Shown here: one piece after another, positions 36,475 through 45,900 of the stretch | How positions within the stretch are numbered: position 1 is the stretch's first letter | Layout of the letters: every line of letters begins with the position of its first letter | IMG/VR virus record: IMGVR_UViG_3300030433_001574 | Coordinates: 1 to 64,000 of that record | DNA length: 64,000 bases | Reading direction: 5' to 3' (one strand) | Origin: a virus | Lineage: Duplodnaviria > Caudoviricetes | Translations under genes and position numbers: made by a program | Notes under the pieces: model-generated | What the model was told of the DNA's origin: nothing | The model's database searches: none | The model's input: only the letters and a program-made list of their open reading frames with translations

Positions 36475-37092
36475 ATGAGTATGAGCGATGTAATGGCACT
36501 TGATATTGAAACTGGTAACTTCTCTTGGGAGATAGGTGGTTGGGACAAGCACAGTTTGTTTGAGCCTACAGTCGTCGCCACATGGGACGGCAACGATGGT
36601 CACGTCTTTGCCAAAGAAGACATTGAGATGGCTAACGCCACAGTGCATGACCTACACCCTCGCACGTTAGGTGACCACTTACAGAAGCACATCGACGGTG
36701 GTGGCAAGATTCTTGGTCACAACATTCGCAAGTTCGATTTACCAGTGCTAAACGCCGCACTGGACTGCTGGACAGCAGGTGAACTGATTGGTAAGAGCGA
36801 GAGTATCATTGATACCAAGATGTTGATTGATAAAGCAGCATTGAGTGTGGGTAAGGTTCACACGACGCTTGACACTCTTGTTCGCTCTACTCTCGATTCA
36901 TCGAAGAGTATGCAAAGTAGCGATGCGCCAACAGCATGGCGTGAAGGTAAATTCCTTGAGGTAGCCGACTACTGCCTCAAAGACTGCCAATTGACATACG
37001 ACCTCTACATGTATGGTCGTGACAATGGTATTGTAAAGAGCCGAAGTATGGACGACGGCTCTATAGTTGAAATTGAGGTAGATTGGATATGA
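36475..37092 (+). CDS. DEDD(y) 3'-5' exonuclease / RNase H-like protein
   Basis: LDIET, GHNIRKFDLPVL, YCLKD. Confidence 0.85.
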   Translation: MSMSDVMALDIETGNFSWEIGGWDKHSLFEPTVVATWDGNDGHVFAKEDIEMANATVHDLHPRTLGDHLQKHIDGGGKILGHNIRKFDLPVLNAALDCWTAGELIGKSESIIDTKMLIDKAALSVGKVHTTLDTLVRSTLDSSKSMQSSDAPTAWREGKFLEVADYCLKDCQLTYDLYMYGRDNGIVKSRSMDDGSIVEIEVDWI

Positions 37093-38600
37093 CGGATAAC
37101 AATGCAACACAGAGGCTAAACATTGAAGCAGTCAAGCGTATCGCTGAAACTGTAAGAACGACACTTGGGCCATTGGGTATGGACAAGATGATGGTGGATG
37201 GTGGTGGTAACGTCATCGTGACCAACGATGGTGCTACCATTCTACGAGAAGTAGACACTGCTCACCCTGCCGCCAAGATGGTGGTAGAAGTATCGAAGAT
37301 GCAAGAAGCAAACGCATACGATGGCACTACGAGCACAGTCGTTCTTGCGAGCCAATTGCTTGCTAACTCAGAGGGTCTATTCAGTAAGGGCTTACACCCT
37401 AACGTGATTATCAAGGGCTACTCAACAGCACGAAACATGGCTGTTGAGTGCCTGAGTGAGATGAGTATTATCTCTACACCATCGGATGAGTTACTCTTCG
37501 ATATAGCAAAGACTGCGATTACTGGTAAGTCCCTTGAAGCATCTGAAGAGAAGGTTGCTAAATTGTGCGTTGAGACTATCAAGACAATAGGAAACGCTCG
37601 TGACGTGAAAACGCTCGCTGTTCCCGGTGGCTCTCTTGCTGACTCATGGCTTTACAACGGTGTAGTGCTTGACAAAGACTTCATCGGTGGTGGTGATGAG
37701 TTCCGTAACTGGGACAACGAAGATGGTGTAGAGATACTGCTTCTCAATGGCGGTCTGACAGAAGGCAAAGAGAGCGCAAACGTATCTGTTCAGGTATCTG
37801 ATGCAAACTCCTACAGCCAAGTCCAAGCGATGGGTCGAGACAAACTGCTTGAAGCGGCTAAGGCCGTGGTCAATTGTGGTGCTGGAGTCGTTGTTTGTAG
37901 AGACTCCGTTCATGATACTGCGATTGCATATCTACGCAAGCAAGGTATCTCTGTCGTGCAACGTGTGCCTGAGAGCACAATGCGTAGACTGTCAAATGAG
38001 TTGATGAACACTCCAATCCACATGACTCCTGAGCCATCATCAACAACAGGCATAGGTCACATTGACCGTGTTATTCACAACGATGTCCCGTATCTGTATG
38101 TCAATTCATTAGCAAAGGAGTGCATGACCACACACAGAGAATCCACACTGATACTGAAGGGTGCTACACAATCTACTCTCGATGAGATTCAACGAGGATT
38201 TGACGACGCATTGGGTGTTGTGTCACTGGTCAAGAACGGCGACTCCATACGCTTCGGTGGTGGCTCTACATACGTCGCCATCGCTGCTCACTTGCGTGCT
38301 AACGCTTCTGAGGTTGGTGGACGTGCTCAGATGGCGATTGAAGCCTTTGCTGATGCACTTGAAGCCATCCCTGCTACCATCGCTGAGAACGCAGGTTATG
38401 ACCCACTCGATACAGTCTTGGCTATGCGACACAAACTTCCTGAGTTCTATGGCCCTGACGTAGAAAATGGAGGCGTGCGTAGCATGGCGGGTATATATGA
38501 ACCAACATCGCTTATTCGCAGTGCTATCGACGGGGCAACAGAAGTCTCATGTGCCATCCTACGCATTGATGATGTCATCGGGCGTAGAGGTGCTGAGTGA
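37089..38600 (+). CDS. ths: Group II chaperonin (thermosome subunit)
   Basis: RTTLGPLGMDKM, TNDGATIL, HPAAK, DGTTST, GLHP, LAENAG-like IAENAG, ILRIDD. Confidence 0.95.
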   Translation: MTDNNATQRLNIEAVKRIAETVRTTLGPLGMDKMMVDGGGNVIVTNDGATILREVDTAHPAAKMVVEVSKMQEANAYDGTTSTVVLASQLLANSEGLFSKGLHPNVIIKGYSTARNMAVECLSEMSIISTPSDELLFDIAKTAITGKSLEASEEKVAKLCVETIKTIGNARDVKTLAVPGGSLADSWLYNGVVLDKDFIGGGDEFRNWDNEDGVEILLLNGGLTEGKESANVSVQVSDANSYSQVQAMGRDKLLEAAKAVVNCGAGVVVCRDSVHDTAIAYLRKQGISVVQRVPESTMRRLSNELMNTPIHMTPEPSSTTGIGHIDRVIHNDVPYLYVNSLAKECMTTHRESTLILKGATQSTLDEIQRGFDDALGVVSLVKNGDSIRFGGGSTYVAIAAHLRANASEVGGRAQMAIEAFADALEAIPATIAENAGYDPLDTVLAMRHKLPEFYGPDVENGGVRSMAGIYEPTSLIRSAIDGATEVSCAILRIDDVIGRRGAE

Positions 38601-38773
38601 TGGGAAGACTCCTTGACAAACTCACAGTGAAGTGCAGGGCTTGCACACACAAGCACATTCCAAGAAGGCTACAAGCACGTTATCTTGATGGTGACCGTAA
38701 GCGCATAAGCCTGTGGCAGTGCAAAGAATGCGGTCACATATGGCAAGACAGCGTCTTCAATCGCCAATCGTAG
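38600..38773 (+). CDS. 57-aa TFS/TFIIS-C-like Zn-ribbon microprotein (not in ORF track)
   Basis: KCRACTH...LQARYLDGDRKRISLWQCKECGHIWQD; GAGGTG RBS, TGATG overlap. Confidence 0.65.
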   Translation: MGRLLDKLTVKCRACTHKHIPRRLQARYLDGDRKRISLWQCKECGHIWQDSVFNRQS

Positions 38774-38831
38774 CGAGCCATGTCAGGACAAACCCTGCGA
38801 TGAATGCCAGTAGAGCCATTAACACCATCAT
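38757..38831 (-). CDS. 24-aa single-TM micropeptide (not in ORF track)
   Basis: MMVLMALLAFIAGFVLTWLATIGD; ATGA overlap with tail-fibre stop. Confidence 0.5.
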   Translation of the reverse strand: MMVLMALLAFIAGFVLTWLATIGD

Positions 38832-41161
38832 GGTATCAATGCCGCCCCACCTAATGCTGCAATCTCAGTTGTAACATAGGATGCTATTCTATCAATAGCC
38901 TCTTGTATGGTTGCGGGAGCAGCACCAGCCCAAGCACCACCTGAACCAATAGGAGTAAACGGCTCGCTTTCAGACGCACCTGCTAACTGGTAAGCCCCAA
39001 GCGCACTCGTAAGAGCAACTGCTGTTCCTCCTACAGTGATATTGTGACCCGATGCAACCGCTACATCAGCGTTAATATCAACGCCACCACCGTCTTTGAA
39101 TTTCATTATCTCTTGACCATCAGGACTTCCATCTTCGTCACGAATGGATAAATCAGTTCCACCATTGGTCATTTGAATACGCCATTGTAACGAAGGAGTA
39201 GTAGCCATATCATCGTAGAACAACATAGCGGCATCGTAAGAGGAGTTCGCACGACCAAAACGCAAGTTAGCGTGTGAACCTGTGCTTGCTACTCTTGCAA
39301 TCGTAGTTGCTGCTTTTTTGACATCTAAATCTACATCAGGAGTAGATGTGCCGATACCAACTTTCCCAGTCTCGTCAATAATCATTCTCTCAGAGCCAGC
39401 GGTATCGAAGCGTATTTTGTCTTCATCAGAAGATGCTTCAACATCTATTTTCGTATCTGAATCAGCATCGGCTATGTTTGTGCCACCACCACCGCCACCA
39501 CCCAATGCCGCTATAGAAGTAGCAGTGACCGTCTTGATATTGTTGCTATCATCTGTGTCTTGTATCAACACTTTGTCGTTGGCGGCGACTGTCGCTGCTG
39601 TGTAAGTGTGACCAGCAATAGCAGCATTGACGTTTGTTGCATCAGTAACATCGGCTGAAGTCTCAATGCCTGTGAGTTTCGTGCGCTCACTTGAGGTTAT
39701 GATAGCGCCCGAACCTACGTTGCTCACATCACTTAGGTCAGTTACACTACTGGTAGAAAGAATCACTTCACCGTCAGTTCCAGCATCGTTTGTGAAGTAG
39801 AGTTCGTTTGGTGTAGAGTTTTTGACCCATAGTAGACCCTTACCAGCGGCTGTAGTATGCCCTGTAGCGGCGACATTGGCCTTCTCATCAATAACCAACC
39901 CAGTAGGGTCAATCAGTCCTGTAACAGTCAATTTACCATTGACAGTGAGTGTAGACGAGCCAGCAGTCCAAAACAACTTAGCATCGCTGTTGTGATTACC
40001 AGCACCGTCAGAGAACTGAATCAAGCCGACAGCACCGCTTGCGTTACTGACTGTTGTGGCACTCACCATGATTCGCTTCCAAGCAGTTCCGTTGTATACA
40101 AATAAAGCAGCATCGCCAGCAGTCAAAGCGGCGTTTAACCCACTGCTATCAAAAGTTACAGCGCTACCACTCGGCACACTGACAATAACTGTATGACCGG
40201 GTGGGAACGTCCCTGCTGGATTAAGATTGATTGCACCACCTGCGTTGCATTCAAACACCTGAGCCTCGTCAAAATCAAAGGTTACTGTTCCTGACGACGC
40301 TGTAATTGTCTTGATACGATTTGGGCCAAGCAAATGTGTGTGACGGTTTGACCCATCCTTAGCACTGAAGTAGAGGTTTGGTAGGTTGTCATCCTCGTTA
40401 TACGACAGCCATAGCACACCGTTAGCACCAAAGTCTCCGTGTTCACCACTACCATGTATTTGCTCCAAAGCAGTATGCCCGTTCAAGTGGTCTGTCGAGC
40501 CTACCGCACCCGTAGTTACGGGAGACAAATAGAATGGTGAAGGTCGAACAAAGACTCGCTTGTCGTTGAGTTCAGACAGTGTGAGTTTGAGGTCGTTTGC
40601 AACAGCGGCGCTACCGTTGAACGTAGCCCTGATGGTAGCCAAAACCACAGTTTGCTTATTTGAAGCAGCACTAACACCAGTCATCTTCAAGTAAGCATCT
40701 GCTACTGAGCCTGATATGTCTGAGTAAGCACCAGCGGCGGTTGTAACAGGCGTGGTTTGAACAAACTTCGCACCCAAAGAAGTGGCTACAATGACAAACA
40801 GACACTCCTTCCCTGATGTCAATGCAGTAGTGGTCGTCCCAGCGAGTAAATCACCTGTCGATGTCAAATTCAGTGTAACGTCACCACCTGAGCCGTTGTC
40901 AATGGTGTAAGGCACACCATCGAGAATAACACTGCAAGCCTTGACAACGACTTGATGAGCCACAGAACTCGATACAGCACCGGGTAGACTTGCTGGTGTG
41001 TTTCTGTGGCTACTACCAAAGGCTGTATCATGTGCATTGAGCACACCGTTGCCGTGTAGTCCTTCGTAGATGTTCGTTAGCGACGGAGATAGGATGTGGT
41101 CACCGTCTCGTAGTCCGTCGTTTGTCCCTGCTGTGTGTCCTGATATTGGATTGTCTGCCAT
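38828..41161 (-). CDS. Tail fibre / virion structural protein
   Basis: Gly/Ser/Thr-rich; DADSDTKIDVE..RFDTAGSERM..GKVGIGTSTP phage-fibre-type motifs. Confidence 0.75.
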   Translation of the reverse strand: MADNPISGHTAGTNDGLRDGDHILSPSLTNIYEGLHGNGVLNAHDTAFGSSHRNTPASLPGAVSSSVAHQVVVKACSVILDGVPYTIDNGSGGDVTLNLTSTGDLLAGTTTTALTSGKECLFVIVATSLGAKFVQTTPVTTAAGAYSDISGSVADAYLKMTGVSAASNKQTVVLATIRATFNGSAAVANDLKLTLSELNDKRVFVRPSPFYLSPVTTGAVGSTDHLNGHTALEQIHGSGEHGDFGANGVLWLSYNEDDNLPNLYFSAKDGSNRHTHLLGPNRIKTITASSGTVTFDFDEAQVFECNAGGAINLNPAGTFPPGHTVIVSVPSGSAVTFDSSGLNAALTAGDAALFVYNGTAWKRIMVSATTVSNASGAVGLIQFSDGAGNHNSDAKLFWTAGSSTLTVNGKLTVTGLIDPTGLVIDEKANVAATGHTTAAGKGLLWVKNSTPNELYFTNDAGTDGEVILSTSSVTDLSDVSNVGSGAIITSSERTKLTGIETSADVTDATNVNAAIAGHTYTAATVAANDKVLIQDTDDSNNIKTVTATSIAALGGGGGGGTNIADADSDTKIDVEASSDEDKIRFDTAGSERMIIDETGKVGIGTSTPDVDLDVKKAATTIARVASTGSHANLRFGRANSSYDAAMLFYDDMATTPSLQWRIQMTNGGTDLSIRDEDGSPDGQEIMKFKDGGGVDINADVAVASGHNITVGGTAVALTSALGAYQLAGASESEPFTPIGSGGAWAGAAPATIQEAIDRIASYVTTEIAALGGAALIP

Positions 41162-41505
41162 TATTTCACCTCAATGAGTATCTGTATTCGTATCTCGTTT
41201 GATGTTGTTTTCGTAAACGATGCTATAGTGTGCCTCGCTATTGGAATAGTATTGAGTGCGCCTCTGAATTGGATAAAGACTTCTTTGAGTGACTCGTTGA
41301 AGGAATGCGATGCGTCTAAGAATCCCTCGACCAGTAGTGAAGAATCGCTTACGATACGCACTGTAGGATTGACAACCTTAGCGGGTCTACCAGCAGCGCC
41401 ATCGCTTTTCGTAGCAGGGTTACCGTCGAAACCAATGACCATCTCATTGATGTTATCAGCAATCGTCTCAATTAACAACCGTCTTACATGATTTGATACT
41501 GGCAT
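41161..41505 (-). CDS. Small tail/baseplate protein
   Basis: Position in tail module; GGTGA RBS. Confidence 0.6.
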   Translation of the reverse strand: MPVSNHVRRLLIETIADNINEMVIGFDGNPATKSDGAAGRPAKVVNPTVRIVSDSSLLVEGFLDASHSFNESLKEVFIQFRGALNTIPIARHTIASFTKTTSNEIRIQILIEVK

Positions 41506-42933
41506 TCACTCACCTCTTTCTGTAAATCTTGCAGTTTTGCTACCGCCTATGACTTCTTTATCACCGCTTCTACCTACGACACCTCTACCCATACCTCGTC
41601 CTATGATGAAACCATCGCCTGAAACACCGTGTCCAACAACTTCTGTTATGACAACTGAGACAATCTCAATGTCACCAAACAGAGCCATGTTCTTCTCAAG
41701 AACCTGTTCAATAGTATCGTCTTGCTCACCAGTGTTCTTTGTGCCTTCAAGAATGCCTTGCAGCACACCTTCGATGCCACCTTCTACGCTCAAGAATACA
41801 AGGTCAGCGATGTTCTGAGATAATCTGTGTCTTACCTCGACCAAGATTTTTCTTTGTCCGTCATACTCGATAATCATACCCGGCCTCAAATCCCAACTGT
41901 TAGGGTGACCAGCGCTTGTGAGATTACCAAGCATAACCGCATTGGCCTTCAATATGTTACGACCAATCTCTCTTGCTTGCTCGTTGCTTCGCACAGTAAA
42001 GTCACCGACAACCTGTGGTTCTTCTAACACTTCACCAGCCCGACCTGACTGCTTCTCTGAGTTGTTTACCTCAGCAAAGGCAGTATCATTTACAGCCGTT
42101 GGTAGACCCTCTACGATGACCCTGTTCGATATGTTCTCAATTGGGTTATTGACAGCAGGGCCAGTGCGAGCGTTGTGGTCGATAAATCGACTCTTCTCTT
42201 CAAACTGGAACGGAACGTAAAGCAAGTTACCAAACCTGTCAAAGTGGATGACTCGACCATCATGGCGACTAATGAACCGTAGAGCATCAACAAGCGTGAT
42301 ACCGTGAAAGTCTACGCCGACGAAACTGTTGCTGTGTAGCCTTCTATCGACTTGGGAGTTGCTCGGACTCAATGGTAGTGCGATGTTCACGGACGTAAGA
42401 GAATCAGCGATGTCTCTACTAATGCGTATAGCCAAGTCTGTTGTTCTTAAGCCAGCATCAATTGGTTGTCCAAAGTGTGCTTGCCTCTGAGAAAAGCCAA
42501 CGTCATCGAGTGTCTTACCCTTCATGTTTCTTAGAGCGAATGTAGTTCCTGTTCCGCTATTGAGAACTGATGATGTTCGCAGTCGCTCACTTTCAGCACC
42601 TTTACCATAAAGCAACACTGGTTTGTTTTTATCACTGTCACTGGTAATGCTTGAACCCAAGTAGACCACAGAACCTTCGTAGTTTCGCCCATGCGTGCCT
42701 GTGTGCTTTAGGATAACAGAATCCTGTAGTTCTGTCATGGTGTAAGTATGTGGTGTAGAGACAGCATAGGTGGTGGTTTTGCGTTGTCTCACCGTGACCT
42801 TCTTCTCCAAGTTCTTCTGTGGCGTATACTCACCAAGATGAAGGGCGTTGTCCACGAACTTTGGTTTACGCACTGCTTTCATCACAACATCCGTGTCGGC
42901 TGTTGCTCGTTTGTCTTTGAGTAAACCCATCAT
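41506..42933 (-). CDS. Putative tail hub/baseplate protein
   Basis: FDRFGNLLY..NRVIVEG..DLRPG pattern and position. Confidence 0.55.
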   Translation of the reverse strand: MMGLLKDKRATADTDVVMKAVRKPKFVDNALHLGEYTPQKNLEKKVTVRQRKTTTYAVSTPHTYTMTELQDSVILKHTGTHGRNYEGSVVYLGSSITSDSDKNKPVLLYGKGAESERLRTSSVLNSGTGTTFALRNMKGKTLDDVGFSQRQAHFGQPIDAGLRTTDLAIRISRDIADSLTSVNIALPLSPSNSQVDRRLHSNSFVGVDFHGITLVDALRFISRHDGRVIHFDRFGNLLYVPFQFEEKSRFIDHNARTGPAVNNPIENISNRVIVEGLPTAVNDTAFAEVNNSEKQSGRAGEVLEEPQVVGDFTVRSNEQAREIGRNILKANAVMLGNLTSAGHPNSWDLRPGMIIEYDGQRKILVEVRHRLSQNIADLVFLSVEGGIEGVLQGILEGTKNTGEQDDTIEQVLEKNMALFGDIEIVSVVITEVVGHGVSGDGFIIGRGMGRGVVGRSGDKEVIGGSKTARFTERGE

Positions 42934-45900
42934 GCATCACCACTGTGGTCTGATGTATTGAACGATACATCCTCTTTATGTCCCTTGCTGTGCAACGATT
43001 GACTGAATCTTGGTTTGACGGTGTAATCTTTACTCTCACCAGTTCTTCTTGGAGCATCGCTCTTGAAGTGCTGTAGTGTGTTTTCACTGATAATGAGTCG
43101 AGTAACAGTGCTCTTCAGTGTTGTCTTGTCAAAGCCAGTAACCTCTGTTCCCGGTAACTTTGGCCCTTTCGATACTGGCACAGTGTCACTACTGCTCTCA
43201 ACGAGATACACTGGTTGGTATGGCGCTGATGTGTCAGGGTTGGTAGCACGCATGTATGACCCACTGCTTGCTCTACCGTTTGGAGTCGAGTAGGTAAACA
43301 GCCCATACTTACCACCAGCAGTGGCTGTAAACGCAGTGCTACCGTTTTGCTTACTACCGCTATGCAAAGCCAATGCTGGTCTAAATACAGCGATATGCTG
43401 GTTGTCAAGGAGTCGTATAGGTCGTAGCATAAACTGCACTGCATCGTCAGTCATGTTTGTCTGACTGGCTACAGAACTCGTTGTTTGGTATGGGTTGCTT
43501 GTCTTTGTGCCACTCATGCCACTTCGTCCCCAGCCTGTATCATCGAATGGGCTGGCGAAACTGCGAGCCTCCAAGATGTAAGTTCCACCCATAGGCTTGA
43601 AGTTGCTTGTGTGGCTGAATCGCATCACACCACCATGAGGCTGAGCAGCGAAGGACAAGGATGTCAGGTCGTAGTCACCAAGCGTCTGAGAACCTGACTG
43701 CATACCACCATGCAACACAACTCTCTGACCTACACCTCTGTTGGTGTGTAGGCTGTGTGCTTCTGAGTTGATGGCTACCATGTTGGCGTTGCTACCAGTC
43801 AAGGATTCTATGGTGTCTCCGTCAATACCAATTCGTGGTGAAGAGCGAGAAACAGCATCCTTGTGAACCGATGTTCCGCTGATGGATTCTACCTTGTCGC
43901 TAACCGTCGCTTCAGGTTTAAGCAAACCATCTTCATCAACTTCCAATCGAGCGCTGATACCTCTGACGATTTCACTTGGTTGCAGTGCGTCGTTTCTTGG
44001 CCGAATCAAACCTTGACCGAATGTAGGCTCAGCAGTGTTGCTTGATAACACCACACCTGAGTTTTGGTATACTGCGCTGAGTTCAACCAATCTGTCTTCA
44101 TTGAACTGTGTTGGGAATCGCACACCACGTCCGTTACCCATGTCTCCTACTCGTAGCGCATTGGTAGGAGCAAACACATCGACCAACGTGGTATCTGTGT
44201 TATTGTTACCAGTGTTCTTTCTACCACCAAAGCGAGGTATTGTAGCCGTTGGAGATGACAGCACGTTGCCGTTGCTGAAATCAACGATACCCTTCAGATT
44301 GAAGATAGGCTTGCCATTGTTCCAAACTCGCTCAAACGGCGTGCGGTTGTTGGTTCTGTCATACTCGTATGCGTCTCCAGCATCCCAAGACGGATTGATA
44401 CCAAAACTACGCACTGGGAAGCGACGGACATCCTCACCACGAGTGTTACCCCACCAGTCAATGAGATAATACGATACAGCATCTTTGTAATACAACAATC
44501 CCATACCAGCAGAATCACCCCACCAATCTCGTATGACTGTGCTGGAGTTTCGCAAAGTGCGTAGAGCACAACCAAATCCTCTTGTCATTCGTCGTCCATC
44601 GCTGTAGCGCACTTGCCATTCGTATTTGTCAGCATTCAACATACCAGCAGCCGTTGTGCTACGCTCAAGAATACCAACATAGGTAGTTGGTAGGTCAGTG
44701 TTGCTTTGTGTGCTGTCTCCACCAGCGTAAAGCCACCCGTTACTTGATATACTCTCATACTCAATTAGTGGCCCTGCTTTGTAGCCAACAGCAAGATTGC
44801 TTGCACCTGAGTGAGTGGCTTGCTCTTGGAATGCTCGCATACCATAGTGACCCCACTGAGGTCTGTTCCAAGCCTGTCGTAGTCCAAAGCGGTAACCAAA
44901 TGGATATGTGCGTAGAGCGCTGAGTGAGCCAGTGCTTACACCGTTAGCAACTGCATAACTACCGTCATCGTCATCGTCTTCCCAATGAATCCCACCATTG
45001 TGTGCGTAACTTTGCGGTAAGTGCCACGCCGCAGCGGCAGCAGCATAGCCATCTAATCGGCTAACGAGTGGGCCACCACGACTACCACACGGCCAGTAGT
45101 TTGAAAGCATAAACGTGCCACTTTGAGATGATAAACCACTGATAGCATTGATGCCTGAGCCACTCAAGACTTCGCCATCACCGTCAAGATAAACCTTATC
45201 GCCCGACACAAGATTGCTCTCAAATATCTTGGTGTAGAGCGTAATGTCAGCACCGCTTGTGCCGTTTACTCTACCAAGAACTCGACCCTTAGCGAACAAA
45301 ACATCTCCGTTACTTACGCCAGTAACCGTATCGGTCATTGTAATAACGGAGACAGTTGTAGTTGCAACCGAACTGACAGTTCCAGTAAGTGGCTTAGGAG
45401 GCACTGGTGTTTTCATTCGTAACGTAAGTGGGCCATGACTCGCTGCGTAATTGACATCTTGATAGTGGATTGTCTCAAAGTGCTGTGGCATACTGTTGTA
45501 TGCGGCGTTATTGACGGCTCTGTCTGAGGTATGATTGACACCGTTTGTAATCCAAGTCCGACTGGCATCTGAATAGAATGTGTGAGGCCGACCCAAGTTA
45601 GGACTCCAAGCACACAGATATGCGTCGGTTAGGAAAAGACTGTTTGTATCTCTTGTTCCTGTAAGCAACTGACCGAGATTCTTGGTCAATACGCTTTCGC
45701 TGTCGTTGTTGAAAATGTCGTTTACAGACTTTGTAGAATACGGTTTACTCAACGTCAGTTTTGTGCCATCGGCTATGGTAATCCCTGTTGGTAAATGGAA
45801 CACATCAGGCTCGTTCATCGTCGCTGAACTATGACTCAGACCTTGCCGAGTTGTGTAACTAAACGATACAGTTTTGCCCGTAGAAGGGTCAATGTATTGC

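Noticed and set aside
1558-38656. Many - strand ORFs in the early arm (e.g. 14331-14960, 1558-2118)
   Set aside because: Antisense shadows of well-supported + strand genes, with no RBS or motifs
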